NCBI GenBank assembly: GCA_010015805.1
Contig: ML978133.1
Location: 744,001 to 808,000 of the forward strand
DNA: 64,000 bases
Source of the DNA: Rhizodiscina lignyota
Lineage: Eukaryota
Direction of reading: 5' to 3'
Part shown: positions 35,707 through 47,526 of the stretch, one piece after another
Numbering within the stretch: position 1 is the first letter of the stretch
Layout: each line of letters opens with the position of its first letter
Program-made: the position numbers and the translations under genes
Notes under the pieces: model-generated
What the model saw: only the letters and a program-made list of their open reading frames with translations
The model's database searches: none
Told to the model about the DNA's origin: nothing

Positions 35707-37195
35707 GCTGGCGGTGGGGAGGGTGGCTGGAGTGATTGTGCTTCAATTGGAGGAGGAGAGGATGTTTCTCTGGGAGAGGCGGGAGATTGCAGTGGGAACG
35801 AAGGTGTGATCAGTTGGAGATAGGAGTAGGCCGCGGCGCCATGTCTCGAGCGTGGGACTTTGCGCTGGGGGGCTTTGATGAAGACGTCAGGGAGGATTGT
35901 CCGTAATCAGCGCGATGGAGGCAAGACCGCGGTTCTGATGGCAGGGCGGGCGGGTACAGGTGTCACTGCCTTCACAGGAGCAGTGAAAGGAGGGCTGGAA
36001 GGGCAGAGAAATTGGAATGGAACAGGAGGTATGTCGGTGGTTGATTTCTAAGTCTCGACTTAGGCGCAGCCGCAGCCGGAGGCAAGCCAAACCTGAGGGC
36101 AGGACCTCGCGGCGGGGCGCCAAGCGCGACCCTACCCTCTGCGCACTGCAGGGAGACGAGCGGCGCGGAACACGCTCGCGATAGGCAGCTCGATGCCCAT
36201 TATCCGATTTTCGTGCTGCAGATGCAACCCCCAATCACCGCGCGCCGCTGCTCGATGTCCTGCATTTATTCCACATGTTTCCTGAGATGCCCTTTGGGCT
36301 TTGCGGGGACACATCTTCCGCCACTATCGCGCGAAAAGCCTCTACTCGGGCAACGCCGAATTTTGCCTCAGCCCCCGGACGTCTCTCCCTACCTCCAGCT
36401 TACAAGGGCACTTCAGCCAGTATGACGTTACATCACTCATCAAGTCCGTATACGACAGCATTGCACGTTATGTTTGGTGGGTGTAAAGACACTCCATTTT
36501 CTGTTAAGCTGCCGCGTGGCTGCTGACTATTGTATCGTACACCCAAATGACAAAGGAAAAAAGAGAAAAGAAAATGGCCCGAGACTCGAAAGATCCTCCG
36601 CCAATGACCTGCGCAGAGCGCTGGTAAAAGGCCTCCAGATATCGAGAACAGCCAATATGAATCGAATCTTTTGGTGTATGCCTGCAAACTGAAACCTTTC
36701 GAAAACCACGACCTCAAGTCAAGCCTCATGTTCCACAATATCCGAAGACCTGTGAAGCAGTGATGCTCGTGTCGTATGCCCGAATACAAAAGAAAAGGTG
36801 CTGAATTTCAAGTGCAAGGGGTGGGATGTGAAAACTGTTCAAGTGAGTGTCGTGGGCTGATGTGCCCAATCCAAACCCGAAAGAAACTGTTGTACGCTGG
36901 TGCAAGTCAGGCCCATTGCCATACCACATTCAATGTCGAATGCAACTGGTCCTCCTTGCAACCGTTGTAGTAAGGACAGTAAGTCAGGGGAGTGACGTTT
37001 AACAGGAGAGTAAAGTAGGTCCGTCAGCCTTCGACCGCATTGGTGTCCTTTTGAGCCACCATTTTGTCGAAACTGGCGAGAAACGAAATCGTATAGCCGG
37101 GATCACAAAAGAGTATTTGTTGTTCAAACGTCGATGCACACTGGTCATAAACCGAGAGAGTGTCTAGAAGGACACGCGGCTCGATATTGAGTTGC

Positions 37196-40100
37196 TTATG
37201 GCTGTGGGTGCTCGTCGCGGTGCTTCGGGGGACCAAAGCGTTGGAACGTCTTAGTCTCAGGGCGCGTCGTCGGCGGCAGTGGGTTCTCCTCGCGGTGCTT
37301 CTTGACATCGGCGCGGTTCAGCTTCTTGACATCCTGGAACCTGCTGCGCCAGTGGGAACGACGATGGTCCTTCTGGATCTTGGTCAAGCTGTCCTCGTCC
37401 ATCAGGCTCTGTGGCTCTGCAGGCGAGACGATGCGGCTGCGCGTCATGTTGGTGAGGCCATTGGTGAAGCGCTCCGTGACCTGCTTAAGCTTCGAGGGCG
37501 AGATGTGCAACTTTGCCTGCGATATGGACTTGGCGGGAGAGTCGAACTTGGTGGTCGTGGTCTTCGTCGTGTCACTCACGTCCGTGTCGAGCTCAGCATC
37601 ATCGTCCGCAGCGCCATCGCACTGAGAGTCGCTCAGGTCCTTGCGCCTAGTGCCGATCGGGTTTGGGCGACGCCAGTCTTGACCATTGGCCCTGTGGCCG
37701 GGATATTCGCGCCTGGAGAGAAAGTGGGAACCATTGTGACTGCCGGTAGAGACGTGGTTGCGAGCGTCACCAGAGACGTTGCGAGTGCCAGTATAGACAT
37801 GGTTGCGAGCACCACCCGAGACGTTGCGGTTGTTAGTAGAGACGTCGTTGCGAGCACCACCCGAGACATTGCGATTGCCGGTAGCGACCTGATTGCCAGC
37901 GATGCTATTCGAAAGTCGAGCAGCCTGGTCAGCTCTAATGCCGCTGATTTGCTCGGCACGAAGCATCTCATCCCTCCAGACCCATTGGGGCTGCCCATCC
38001 TCATTGGTTGCGTCTGGCTGCATCATGCGAGCATCTGCGGTCTGCGCGCGATTCATCGAAGGGACATGGGTGATGGTCGAGAGCGAGCGACGACGGTTGA
38101 ACTCAATAATAGGGTCCTCGATCTTGTTCGGTTCGCCCACAGAGCCGCGATCCGTGACACCGAAGCCAGTCGCAGTGTACCAGTTCGCGATTGGCGACCC
38201 GTTCATCATGCTGGAAAGCGGCATAGGATCGGACTTGATGCGCGTGAGTGGCGAGCTTCCGTATTCTGGTCTCAGCGGATCTGATCCAGTACGTCCAGCT
38301 CCATATCCATGGAGAGCTTGCAAGTTGGTAGCAGATGCGCGAGCTTCCGTATTGCCAAACGCATTGCCCGATGCGACCCGCTCGTGGAAGCTGCGCTTGC
38401 TGGAATGACGCGAGTGGCCTCTCTCTGGCGTAGCACGCGCCGTAGAGTTTTGAGACTTTCGATCACGATCCGATAGCCCCTGGTAGTAGCCTGCGCAAGA
38501 CTCATTGGTCGGAGGCGTGAAGGGAATACCTTGCATGCCGAACAAGTAGGCCGCCCTCCATTCAGCAGATTTCCCTTCAGTTGTCTCCATGTAGTTTGCC
38601 CGGTTGGGAGTCACGTTGTTGGGGAGATTGTGCGCAGAGTCGAAGTAGGTATCGTATGGGTGATGGCCAAAGTCAATGCGCGACTGCGTCGGGATGACGG
38701 GATTTGCATAGTTTGGCTTGAAGCTGGGCATGCTGTCGCGATTCCAGGACGACATGCGGCGCTCAACGGAGGAGACCTGGGAAGTGTTGAACTGATGAAC
38801 CTCATTCGGACCAGGAGTACCGGCCTGCGAAGTGACAACAGAGTTGCGCACCCAGTCCTTCTGCGGCGTCGTGTTGTGCATTTGGCCAGAGAACGCGGAT
38901 CGCTCTGCACCTGGTGGAGCACCGATGGGCCTGTTGAACGTGTGCTTCGTCTGCGAATGCTCGGCCGCATTGTTGGGGAAGAAGTTTGTCGTCGACACAC
39001 TGGTGTCGCTCTCACGGTTGGTGCGACCAAGCCAGGTGTTGTGGGTCACAGGATGCGGCGCAGGAGGATTGACAGGAGACGGCGAGGGTGGGATGAAGAT
39101 GTTCCTCGGCTCGTAAGTTGGGCTGCGTGGATCCAACACGGATTTGGCGACGGACTTATTGGGCTCGTTGACTGGCGCTCTAATCTCGACAGCGTGAGAT
39201 CGCCTATCACGACGCGAGAAGGCAGAGGTTGGAGAGATCTGTCTCGTGTTTCCGGTCTGGCCAAAGCCACCGCCAACCTGAGAGTAACCATGCTGGTAGT
39301 TGGCTTGAGGCTGGATGGAGTAGCCTAAGTAGCCGGTATTCTGGACAGAAGGATTGTCCACATTGGCATTGTGGATCGGAGCACCATAATTGACCATCGC
39401 CAAGCCTGCATGAGCAGGCGCAGAGTAGTACGAAGTGGGTATCGCCCGGGCGTTCGTGCGCTGGGCTTCCGTCGACTGGCCGTTCGCAGCAGCAGGATAC
39501 GCGACATTCAAAAAGCTTGGAAACTTTGGCGAGCCCCGGTACGCATGAGTGACAAGCGCAGCACGCGCGGAGGAAGGTGGTGATCCGTCCAACGCTTTCT
39601 CTAGATCATTCTTGATGTGACGATATCTGTCCATCTCGAGGACGTAGTAGCGCTTCTTCTGCACAATTTCCTGCTTCGCTTTTGCAGAGAGTATACGTTC
39701 CTTCATCACTTCGTCGCGCTCGAGCGCGTTGTGTTCGTCCTTGAGCTTGGCGATGTGCTTGGTCACGAGTATGATCTGGTTGCTCAACGACATCTTGTCC
39801 TCATCAAAATCGGCGACCAGGTCGAGCTGGTTAAACTTGACAGCGCCAGCGCCTGGACCAAGAGGTTGGCGCTGGTCGGTGTAGTGAGAAGTATCACACG
39901 CATTTTGCAACAAGGGAGGAATACTTACAGATGGGAATGGGTAGTTGGGAGAGATCATGCCGATGCCACTATTTGGCGAAAGCTCTCTGACGAAGCCGTC
40001 CACAACCTGACAAAGTTGGCCTTCGGTACTTAACGCGACGAATCCGTTGGGGACGTCGCCAGGGAACACGCGTCCGATTGGGACGGAGGAAACCACAGAG

Positions 40101-40786
40101 TGGTTGAAGGGAAGAACCGGCATGTTGGAGTAGGGGTACTGGTTGTACGAAGCACCAATCGAGAAATCAGTGGGAACAATGCGGCCACCTGCTGTCACGC
40201 GTCTGCCTGGAGGTGAACCGTGCTCTTTGATCAGCTTTTCGATCTTTGCTTTCTTGACGGAAGGCGACGGCGATGGCTTTTTTGTTGCCGCCGTAGCAGA
40301 GACGTCCTTTGGCGTTGCGACGTCCACAGCGGCTGGACGGGCAGCAGGATCACTATTCTCGCCTTTTTGAACAATCACAGGGATCGAGACTGAAGGCCTG
40401 AGAACGTGTTCTGAAGAACAGAGCGCGTTGTCAGTTAAACTTACACACCTCTGAAGAGTTGGAGCTTTGAAAGGGGAAGTGGGCAAAAAGCGATGATCTC
40501 TGACCACAAAAGTGGTGCGGAGATCCAAAGGGGAGAAAGGTGAAAGAGAAAGAAAAGAAGAGAAGAGGGCGAGAGTTTTTGTAGAAGATTGGAGCCTGGT
40601 GTTGATGAGCCGCCGAAGAAAGCGGGTGGCTGGGTGTTGTTGTGAAAAACTCAAAAAAAACGCTAAATCAAAACAACACGTACCTTTGATAGCCTCCTCA
40701 TCACCAAATTTCTCGAGCGACACGGCACTTTCCGAAACTGATTGGCGCACGGCCAATAGTTCTTCGACGCGATAGGTCGGAGCCAT
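37196..40786 (-). CDS. Large, mostly low-complexity hypothetical protein (~1100 aa; intron 40411-40683)
   Basis: Starts MAPTYRVEELL...EEAIK|EHVLRPS, with HGSPPGRRVTAGGRIVP, a coiled-coil segment, RRSHAVEIRAP and LDPRSPTYEP in a long uninterrupted ORF. Confidence 0.8.
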   Translation of the reverse strand: MAPTYRVEELLAVRQSVSESAVSLEKFGDEEAIKGTCCFDLAFFLSFSQQHPATRFLRRLINTRLQSSTKTLALFSSFLSLSPFSPLDLRTTFVVRDHRFLPTSPFKAPTLQRCVSLTDNALCSSEHVLRPSVSIPVIVQKGENSDPAARPAAVDVATPKDVSATAATKKPSPSPSVKKAKIEKLIKEHGSPPGRRVTAGGRIVPTDFSIGASYNQYPYSNMPVLPFNHSVVSSVPIGRVFPGDVPNGFVALSTEGQLCQVVDGFVRELSPNSGIGMISPNYPFPSVSIPPLLQNACDTSHYTDQRQPLGPGAGAVKFNQLDLVADFDEDKMSLSNQIILVTKHIAKLKDEHNALERDEVMKERILSAKAKQEIVQKKRYYVLEMDRYRHIKNDLEKALDGSPPSSARAALVTHAYRGSPKFPSFLNVAYPAAANGQSTEAQRTNARAIPTSYYSAPAHAGLAMVNYGAPIHNANVDNPSVQNTGYLGYSIQPQANYQHGYSQVGGGFGQTGNTRQISPTSAFSRRDRRSHAVEIRAPVNEPNKSVAKSVLDPRSPTYEPRNIFIPPSPSPVNPPAPHPVTHNTWLGRTNRESDTSVSTTNFFPNNAAEHSQTKHTFNRPIGAPPGAERSAFSGQMHNTTPQKDWVRNSVVTSQAGTPGPNEVHQFNTSQVSSVERRMSSWNRDSMPSFKPNYANPVIPTQSRIDFGHHPYDTYFDSAHNLPNNVTPNRANYMETTEGKSAEWRAAYLFGMQGIPFTPPTNESCAGYYQGLSDRDRKSQNSTARATPERGHSRHSSKRSFHERVASGNAFGNTEARASATNLQALHGYGAGRTGSDPLRPEYGSSPLTRIKSDPMPLSSMMNGSPIANWYTATGFGVTDRGSVGEPNKIEDPIIEFNRRRSLSTITHVPSMNRAQTADARMMQPDATNEDGQPQWVWRDEMLRAEQISGIRADQAARLSNSIAGNQVATGNRNVSGGARNDVSTNNRNVSGGARNHVYTGTRNVSGDARNHVSTGSHNGSHFLSRREYPGHRANGQDWRRPNPIGTRRKDLSDSQCDGAADDDAELDTDVSDTTKTTTTKFDSPAKSISQAKLHISPSKLKQVTERFTNGLTNMTRSRIVSPAEPQSLMDEDSLTKIQKDHRRSHWRSRFQDVKKLNRADVKKHREENPLPPTTRPETKTFQRFGPPKHRDEHPQP
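37741..37896. repeat. Coding minisatellite, 45-bp unit x ~3.5 (15-aa repeat GNRNVSGGARNxVST on the minus strand)
   Basis: tgccggtagagacgtggttgcgagcgtcaccagagacgttgcgag and variants starting at 37741, 37786, 37831 and 37876. Confidence 0.9.
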
Positions 40787-41723
40787 ATCCGCAATGTGTT
40801 GCAAGCACGAGCTCGTGGCAGCTGTGAATGATTCGAGGTAGAGCACTCCGTTGACGGCGGTAGACCCTATCATAGTGATGAGACGTTAACTTTGCTGCCT
40901 AGCTAGTGATGCCCAACACAAAGACTGACTTTCGATCCCGCTTCACAGTGAAGCCCGTGTTAAGCCCAAGGGGCGAAGTGACACCAACAGCCCGCTGATG
41001 AATCAATGAGCGGAAGAACGAGCGTATCCAAGGCTCCCAAGCAATGGCAATGGCAATGAGTGAAGTGACTGCACAGAGGCACGACAGCGAGCTTGTCCAG
41101 AGAAAGACGGCGTGATTGTGAATGGTTTGATGGAAGAAAGGTTCAGACGAGGACGAGGATGGGGACGAAGAAAATATACCATTGCTGCCCATTTGCACTT
41201 CCCTTCAATTAATCCTTATAGCAATGACTTCCTGACTTTACTTCTCGCCCCGGGAAAGGCTTTCTGGCCTTCAATAGCAGGTGGTGCGCGTGTGGTCGTC
41301 GTGACGTTGCTGTTTACCTTCCTATTCGGGAAGTGACGAAGTCTCCCGCATCGAAAACTTCACCTTCAACAATCGATGCACTACACTTTTAGAAGCCGCA
41401 ATTGCACATCATTTTGCAACAGCAGCCCCAGAGTAACGCAGGCGAGATCCATTATTCTTGCCCTTTAGTAATTTTCTTCTGCTGCCAGTGAAAGCCAGTT
41501 GGGCGCAGTTTGGGAATCTCATCAGAAGCTTCTTCGTCACCTCCATGTCTCTTAATCCACTCCCATAGATACTAGAAATTGTAATGTCCCATTCCCAGGT
41601 AAGCAAAACTCCCAGCTGTCTTATGCTTCCAGGTCGCTGTCCGTGTATCCCATTGAACGCCAACGCTATGCATCACTTAGATCAGAACACTTCTCTCGAT
41701 GGGCAACTCGTGTCAAGGTGCAA

Positions 41724-44048
41724 TCAACGACGGGCCCGACTAGTCCGAGGCGGCGGAGCGGCGGACTCGAAAGCGTCATCGTCATCCGAGATCTCATCAT
41801 CACTCTGTTCCACAGTTAGAGGTGCCACACTCACGAGCAAACCAAAGTGACTCACCGGTTCCCTTGCCTTCTTTCGAGATCCATTAGCCTGCCGAGTCTG
41901 CGTTGCAGGCTGAGAGAAGTTGAGCATAGTCTGCCTGCTCGAGGTGCTCTTCGCCGGCGCCTTCTTGACAGGCGACGCGGTGCGCTTGGCAGGGGCACGT
42001 GCGGCTGGCTTCTTCGCAATCGACTTTGTTGGTTGAACAAAGACATCGTCGTCAGATTCATTTATCAGCATAACGTCGTCCTGGTCCTCGTCATCTTCGA
42101 CAACCGGCTTCTTCGAACGGCTTCCTTTGGCGGCAGAGGCAGCAGTGGAAGTCTTGCGTGTTGTCGTAGTTGCTTTACCACCGCGACCGCGACCGCGGCC
42201 ACGAGTAGACGAGGCCCTTGGCTGAGTATCTGCGAGATCTTCTTCGCCATCATTCATGGCTACGTCGCCGTCGTTGTCGAAGACGGTAGACGCAGGGTCG
42301 TCAGCCCACGACCCATCAATATCACTATCCCAATGATCTGGCTTCGGCTTGAGCTTCCGCTTTTTCTGCTCAACAAATTAGTAAATTGGTCATTCATGAC
42401 TCGTGGGATGGCTTACAGAGATGTGCTTCACTTTGCCCGCAGCAAACTCGTCTTCCAACTTCTTCCTGCGCTCCTCCAATGCGTCGCGAAGCTCTTCCTC
42501 TGCCTCGGCCGCCTGGTCGAAGAGAACCTGAATGGCGCCATTTGCATGCTCTTCTACGAAGCTCTGCATAGCTTCCTTGTCATCCTTGTCGATGAACTGG
42601 CTCACAGCGTCCCCAAAGATGTTTTCCGGAAGCACTTGGAGCTTTTGCGCCGATAAGAACTCCCTCACAATCTTGCCAATCTTCACACTCTCGACCATCT
42701 CTGCCAAGACAGATTCCTCAGGCATGTCCGGAGCATTTTTGCCTCTGCGTGTCGCGCTCGTCTTCTTGCGATAAAACTGCACGACATCGTTGATGTTGGC
42801 CACATGGGTCATGAAGCGATTGGAGAACCTCTGGGGATTCTCTGTCTCATATTTACCACCGTCAGGAGCAGTGTACTCCACCCTGAGGCGGATGAGCGGT
42901 AAGGGAGGCTCCATCTCCTCTTCGTCTTCGTCGTCATCGGGCTCCAGGGCCTCCTTCCACTCTTGATTAGCCTCTTTGATCATTTCTTCCACAGTCTCAA
43001 TCAGGTGTCCTGTGACCAGCGTGCGGTTGTTTTCCTTCCTCGCCGCATCTCTCAATGCGTGCTCCTCCGAGAGCACCATCTCCCTTATGACAAAAGGCCT
43101 CACGGTCTTCAAGCGGATAGGCTCACACTTGAACTCCTTGCCTGTGATGCTCACGACAGCAACATGCTTCGGAACTGCCTCGCCAGGCATGAGGGATGTT
43201 GCGACTGATGAACCAGGCTGCATGACATGAAAGCCCATCTCGGGATTGTACCGCGGCTCTATTAGACATTCGTGCTCATGGCCCCAGATTACCAATTTCA
43301 TAAACTGGGGAAGCATTTCCTCGGCAAGGTAGCTAGTTTCTGTGTGCGCAGCGTGATTCTGGTGAACGCACAGGAGATTGAACCAGTCGTCCTTTTGGAC
43401 ATTCGGTTGGAAAAATTTAACGTTCTTATCCCTGAAAGTGTGCCAGAGTCGCTCGTCACGCACATTGCTGATGCCATAAAGCGCAAGCTTCGTCCGGCCC
43501 TTCTGAAGAAGCACCGGCTTGACGGAGATGTTGTCTGCTTCGGGCACTCGGCCAAAGTAGTTGATGAGTCCAGACACTTGCAGAAGGTCAAGCGCAGCGA
43601 GATTTGCTTCTCCACTGGGGTCATCGTGGTTGCCATGAATAGAGAATATGGGAATCCCAACGTTCATATCGGGATCCTGGTAATTGGCATGAGGAAAAGC
43701 GCCTTGAAAGTTCTCACTCGCATCGCTCAGCATCTCCAGCTCGCAGGGTTTGTCACCCATGCAGTTCATCCGTATCGACCGCATGACTTGATACATCGAC
43801 TTTCGCGAAGGCTTGTTCTCATGAAACAAGTCGCCAGCGAGCAGGACCATGTCGACATCGCGTTCTTTCGCCAGGCACATGATCTCGTGAAAGGTCTTCC
43901 AGCTGTCGTCCCCGCGAATCGCATCTCGCTCATTGTAACCGACATGGTTGTCTGTCGACACCAATATGCGGATCGTATCCGCCTCTACAATACTGACTTA
44001 GCTAGATTTGCTACATTAGCATCTGGCGACATTACCTGTTGGAGGCAT
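41724..44048 (-). CDS. MRE11: Double-strand break repair nuclease Mre11, multi-exon
   Basis: TIRILVSTDNHVGY, LAGDLFHENKPS, FSIHGNHDDP, VHQNH, IWGHEHEC, QPGSSVATSL, LIRLRVEY, and a C-terminal RGRGRG (GAR) motif. Confidence 0.97.
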
Positions 44049-44306
44049 CTTGAATTGGGAGGTTGTTCAACGTTCTTGAACGACGAAAGTTGAAGTATCG
44101 TCCAGCTCCTCCCTGTGCCTCAAATAGTCAATGATGATCGTGTTCAAGTCATGGTGAGTGTCTTCAGCCTGTGTGAGGCGCGCTTCTGACGCGAACCAAC
44201 GTGACGCTGCCTGTTCGGCTAGGCACGGCAAGATCCGTTTGGTGGCGCATCTCAATTCCGACCTTTAAGATATTCTCGACGAGGTGAAGAATAGTCCGCA
44301 GGCTCG

Positions 44307-44746
44307 ATGATACCCACGAGAGCGCTTCTTGCGCGCTCAGTATGGAAAGGTATGTCGATTCAATGTCTCTGTTGGGTCACAGAATGCTGATTACCCTTAG
44401 GTCCAAATATCGTACCGTATGCACATTCCGCTTCACCCCTTCACGCACCTCCTAATGCGATCACAGCCTTCCAATCGTTCGGCCTAAACCCGGCCAGCAT
44501 ATCCCTCCGATCAAGACGCAAGCACGCGCCGCGACGATACTGCCAAACTTTGTCGGGCTGAAATTTCAAGTTCACAATGGCAAGATTTACCACGAGTTCC
44601 TGGTGACGGAGGACATGGTAGGGCACAAGCTCGGGGAGTTCTCGCCGTATGTTTCTCCTACCGAAATTCATAATACTTCAGACGTATCTGACTCGGAGAA
44701 TAGGACGAGGAAGCGCTTCAGCTATAAGCAGTCGAAGAACAAATAG
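44307..44746 (+). CDS. RSM19: Mitochondrial ribosomal protein uS19m (4 small exons; missed by the ORF track)
   Basis: Spliced product [26 protein letters not shown]...[59 protein letters not shown]. Confidence 0.93.
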
Positions 44747-45053
44747 TCGTTGCAGGAATCCGTATCTTCCATCATGCATTTGGGCGGCGCAGACCTCGGT
44801 ATGCTGGGCTTGCACACGGCAACTGAGAGGGATCTGTATCAAATATTCATTGTGAATCAAGGGATCAAGAGACCATTCGTATCGGTGATTTCATTTCCAG
44901 AGTTGATCCTATGCTCGTTGTAACCGGGTATCGCCACCCATTTTAACAAGCCCATGTCCTAATCCTTCGCAAATGCCAAACCGTTATTCGACGCCAGACC
45001 ATGCGATTGGTTATGCAACTTTGGTCAACATCGAGTCGCTCAGTCCCATCAGC

Positions 45054-45841
45054 TCATCTGTAGAACTCGCCCCTCTTGACATTGACACCGTACTCGCCCA
45101 CAGCCATGCCGAGATCTTCCATCGTCAGCACCGTACGTCCTTGTCCTCCACCTTGGCCACCACCACCAAATCCGGGTCGCTGCACACCAAGATTGGCCTG
45201 CTTGCCCTGGGCCTCTTTGCCACCTTGTCCTCCAGCGGCGCCTGCTGCGCCAGGCTGCGCTGCGCCAGTGCCAAAGCCCGCGACACCACCGAGGCCGCCC
45301 ATAGGATTGTTAGACGTAGTGTTGGAGGAACGAATGCGCGAGTACTGGTACGCATCGGCAGCAATGTCAGCGATGAACTTCTGCGTAGCGAGGGCGAGAA
45401 GGCGTGCGAGAGGGCGCGGAGTCTGCGGTGGAGGCGGGAGACCGGCAAGAGTGAGGTAGTAGTCGGTCACTGCGTCCGGGATCTATAAAGACAACAGTCA
45501 ATACCATAAGCGTCTTTCATCGCTGTCCGTGTGCCATAGCGGTGCAGAGAGATGGCGAAGTGTTCAAGAAGGTCAAAACTCACGATCGGGGCATAGTCGT
45601 CCATCTTGCCGAGAAGCTCCTTCAAGCTCGCGTCCTTCTTCGCCGGGATTCTCGCCTCAAGCGGCGCATCGTGCTGCACCTCATCGGTGTTGCCCGCCGT
45701 CACGCCTGAATTTCCACTTCCCTCCGCAGCGTCGCCATCCATCTCGGTGTCTTGCGTGGTTTGCTGCTGGGTCTCATCGGTGCCAAGCTCCGCCTCAATC
45801 TGCTCGTCGAGGAGCTCGGGTTCAGGCTTCTCCTCATCCAT
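45054..45841 (-). CDS. TAF10: TFIID/SAGA subunit TAF10 (2 exons)
   Basis: [80 protein letters not shown]. Confidence 0.95.
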
Positions 45842-46430
45842 GGTGTCCGAGATTCTGAGGTCCTCGAATCGCACAGTGCGTTGAAGTCTGGGGCGGTTTG
45901 GCGTTGGCTACATGTATGTACCTTATGTCAGCGAGACTGTGTTACGTAAGCAGTATCTGTCGAATTGGGAAAGCAGAAGGACGAATAAGAATATTGCTGG
46001 AGTGAGGAACGAAAAAAGTGTTCCAGCAATTTTCTACGCATGTATACGTACAGCCATGGTTGGTTTGGAGTGATTTCTCACTTTTTGGTATTGTGGGAGC
46101 GAAGTTGAAGAAGTTGAGTTGGATTGTTGTGAGAGAAATATATATACATCAGCGGCCACGCTAGCACAGCACAACACCATTTCACGGCTTTGAGCGGCCT
46201 AATGAACCACAACAAACCGAGATGCGGCTAAACAAGGACCTTGATCTAATACCGGAGCATGAAGCCAATGCTCGTACATTGTTATAGTATGACCTAAATT
46301 AGAAGAAGCCACGCTATCTCCTATATACACTTCGAGCTGTTTTATACTGACAGAGATACTCGGATTGACAAACAACAATACTCTTGGTTCGTTTCACAGA
46401 CCGTCTCGGTCCCATTCATACACAATTTGC

Positions 46431-46930
46431 TCAAATGGACTGGGCTCTGTCCCTAAGCGAATTGCTCCGCGAGCGACTATGTAGCTTGTCTTCATCCATC
46501 ATGGATATTGTTCTGTACCTAAGCATCCTCGAGCAACCAAATTGCTCTGCCTCATCAATCAACTTGGTTACAATATCTTCACCCACTGGCTCCACCTTCG
46601 CAGGGCTGAAAATTTGGCGTTTCCTCATCCTATTTTGCATTCTCGAAATCCTTCTTGCACCGTTGCAGATACTGAACTCAAGCATGAAATCAGCCATACT
46701 TGTTACGCGTAGCTCCGTCTTGAGGTTTCTGACTCGTTCGATAAAAGTCAGAAACAGTCGTCGGAGGTAGAAGAACAAGTGCCCGTAGACGTTGGAGGTC
46801 GCACAGTCTTTGGTCGCTTCGAATACCGTCTCTGCAAACCAACCCTGGATTGGATCCGCGTCTTCGGACATTGGCCTGGTACAATTTTGCCGATCTAGCC
46901 AGTCGAGCCATGGTTTAGAATCTCCTGGTA
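46431..46930 (-). pseudogene. Fragment of a probable DUF4470-associated protein gene, truncated relic
   Basis: ADPIQGW...NVYGHLFFYLRRLFLTFIERVR resembles a block I recall from fungal DUF4470-containing proteins. No coherent start or full-length frame is visible. Confidence 0.4.
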
Positions 46931-47526
46931 TAGTATACGAGGAAAGGAAATGGGACTGTGATCATACTGGGCGGTGGAGGGGGTAAAACGCCCTTCTTCC
47001 TCCGTAAGATTCAGCTTTGTCTGCTACTTCTAGCAATTTCAAGCCCAAGGCTATGCCCGTCAGTAACACTGCTGTTCTATGTTCACGAATGTTTGTAAAC
47101 GTTTGCAATGCGAAGTTGGGCGATAATTTGGGCAGCGCCTAATGTTTCAGGGGTCGTCTGGTGTACAAGGCGCAGGATAAGGAAAGAAGGAGCAAAGACA
47201 CAATGAGGAACTGAAGGTGTTGGATTAAATCCTTTGTAGGGCAGTAATGACGCGAAGAAATTATTTGCTGGGTTCCTCTTCTGTAGATTCCACTCAATCG
47301 ATGTTTTACCGTGTGCTCTGATGTCCTCAGCTATCCATGTGGTGTGGTGAGACCTACCTGCAGCTAGAAATGGTGTGCAATAAAGCCACAACGTGAAATA
47401 CGAGACAGCGGGATTGGCAATATTAATAAACTACGGGAGGGATATTGATATTCATGATCATATTATCAATTATCGTCATTGTCACCTCATTACCATCTTA
47501 TTCACAAACCCCATGATAAGGGTAAT

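Noticed and set aside
37160..38284. 374-aa plus-strand ORF with RDV repeats
   Set aside because: Antisense shadow of the long minus-strand gene; its repeats mirror the same minisatellite.
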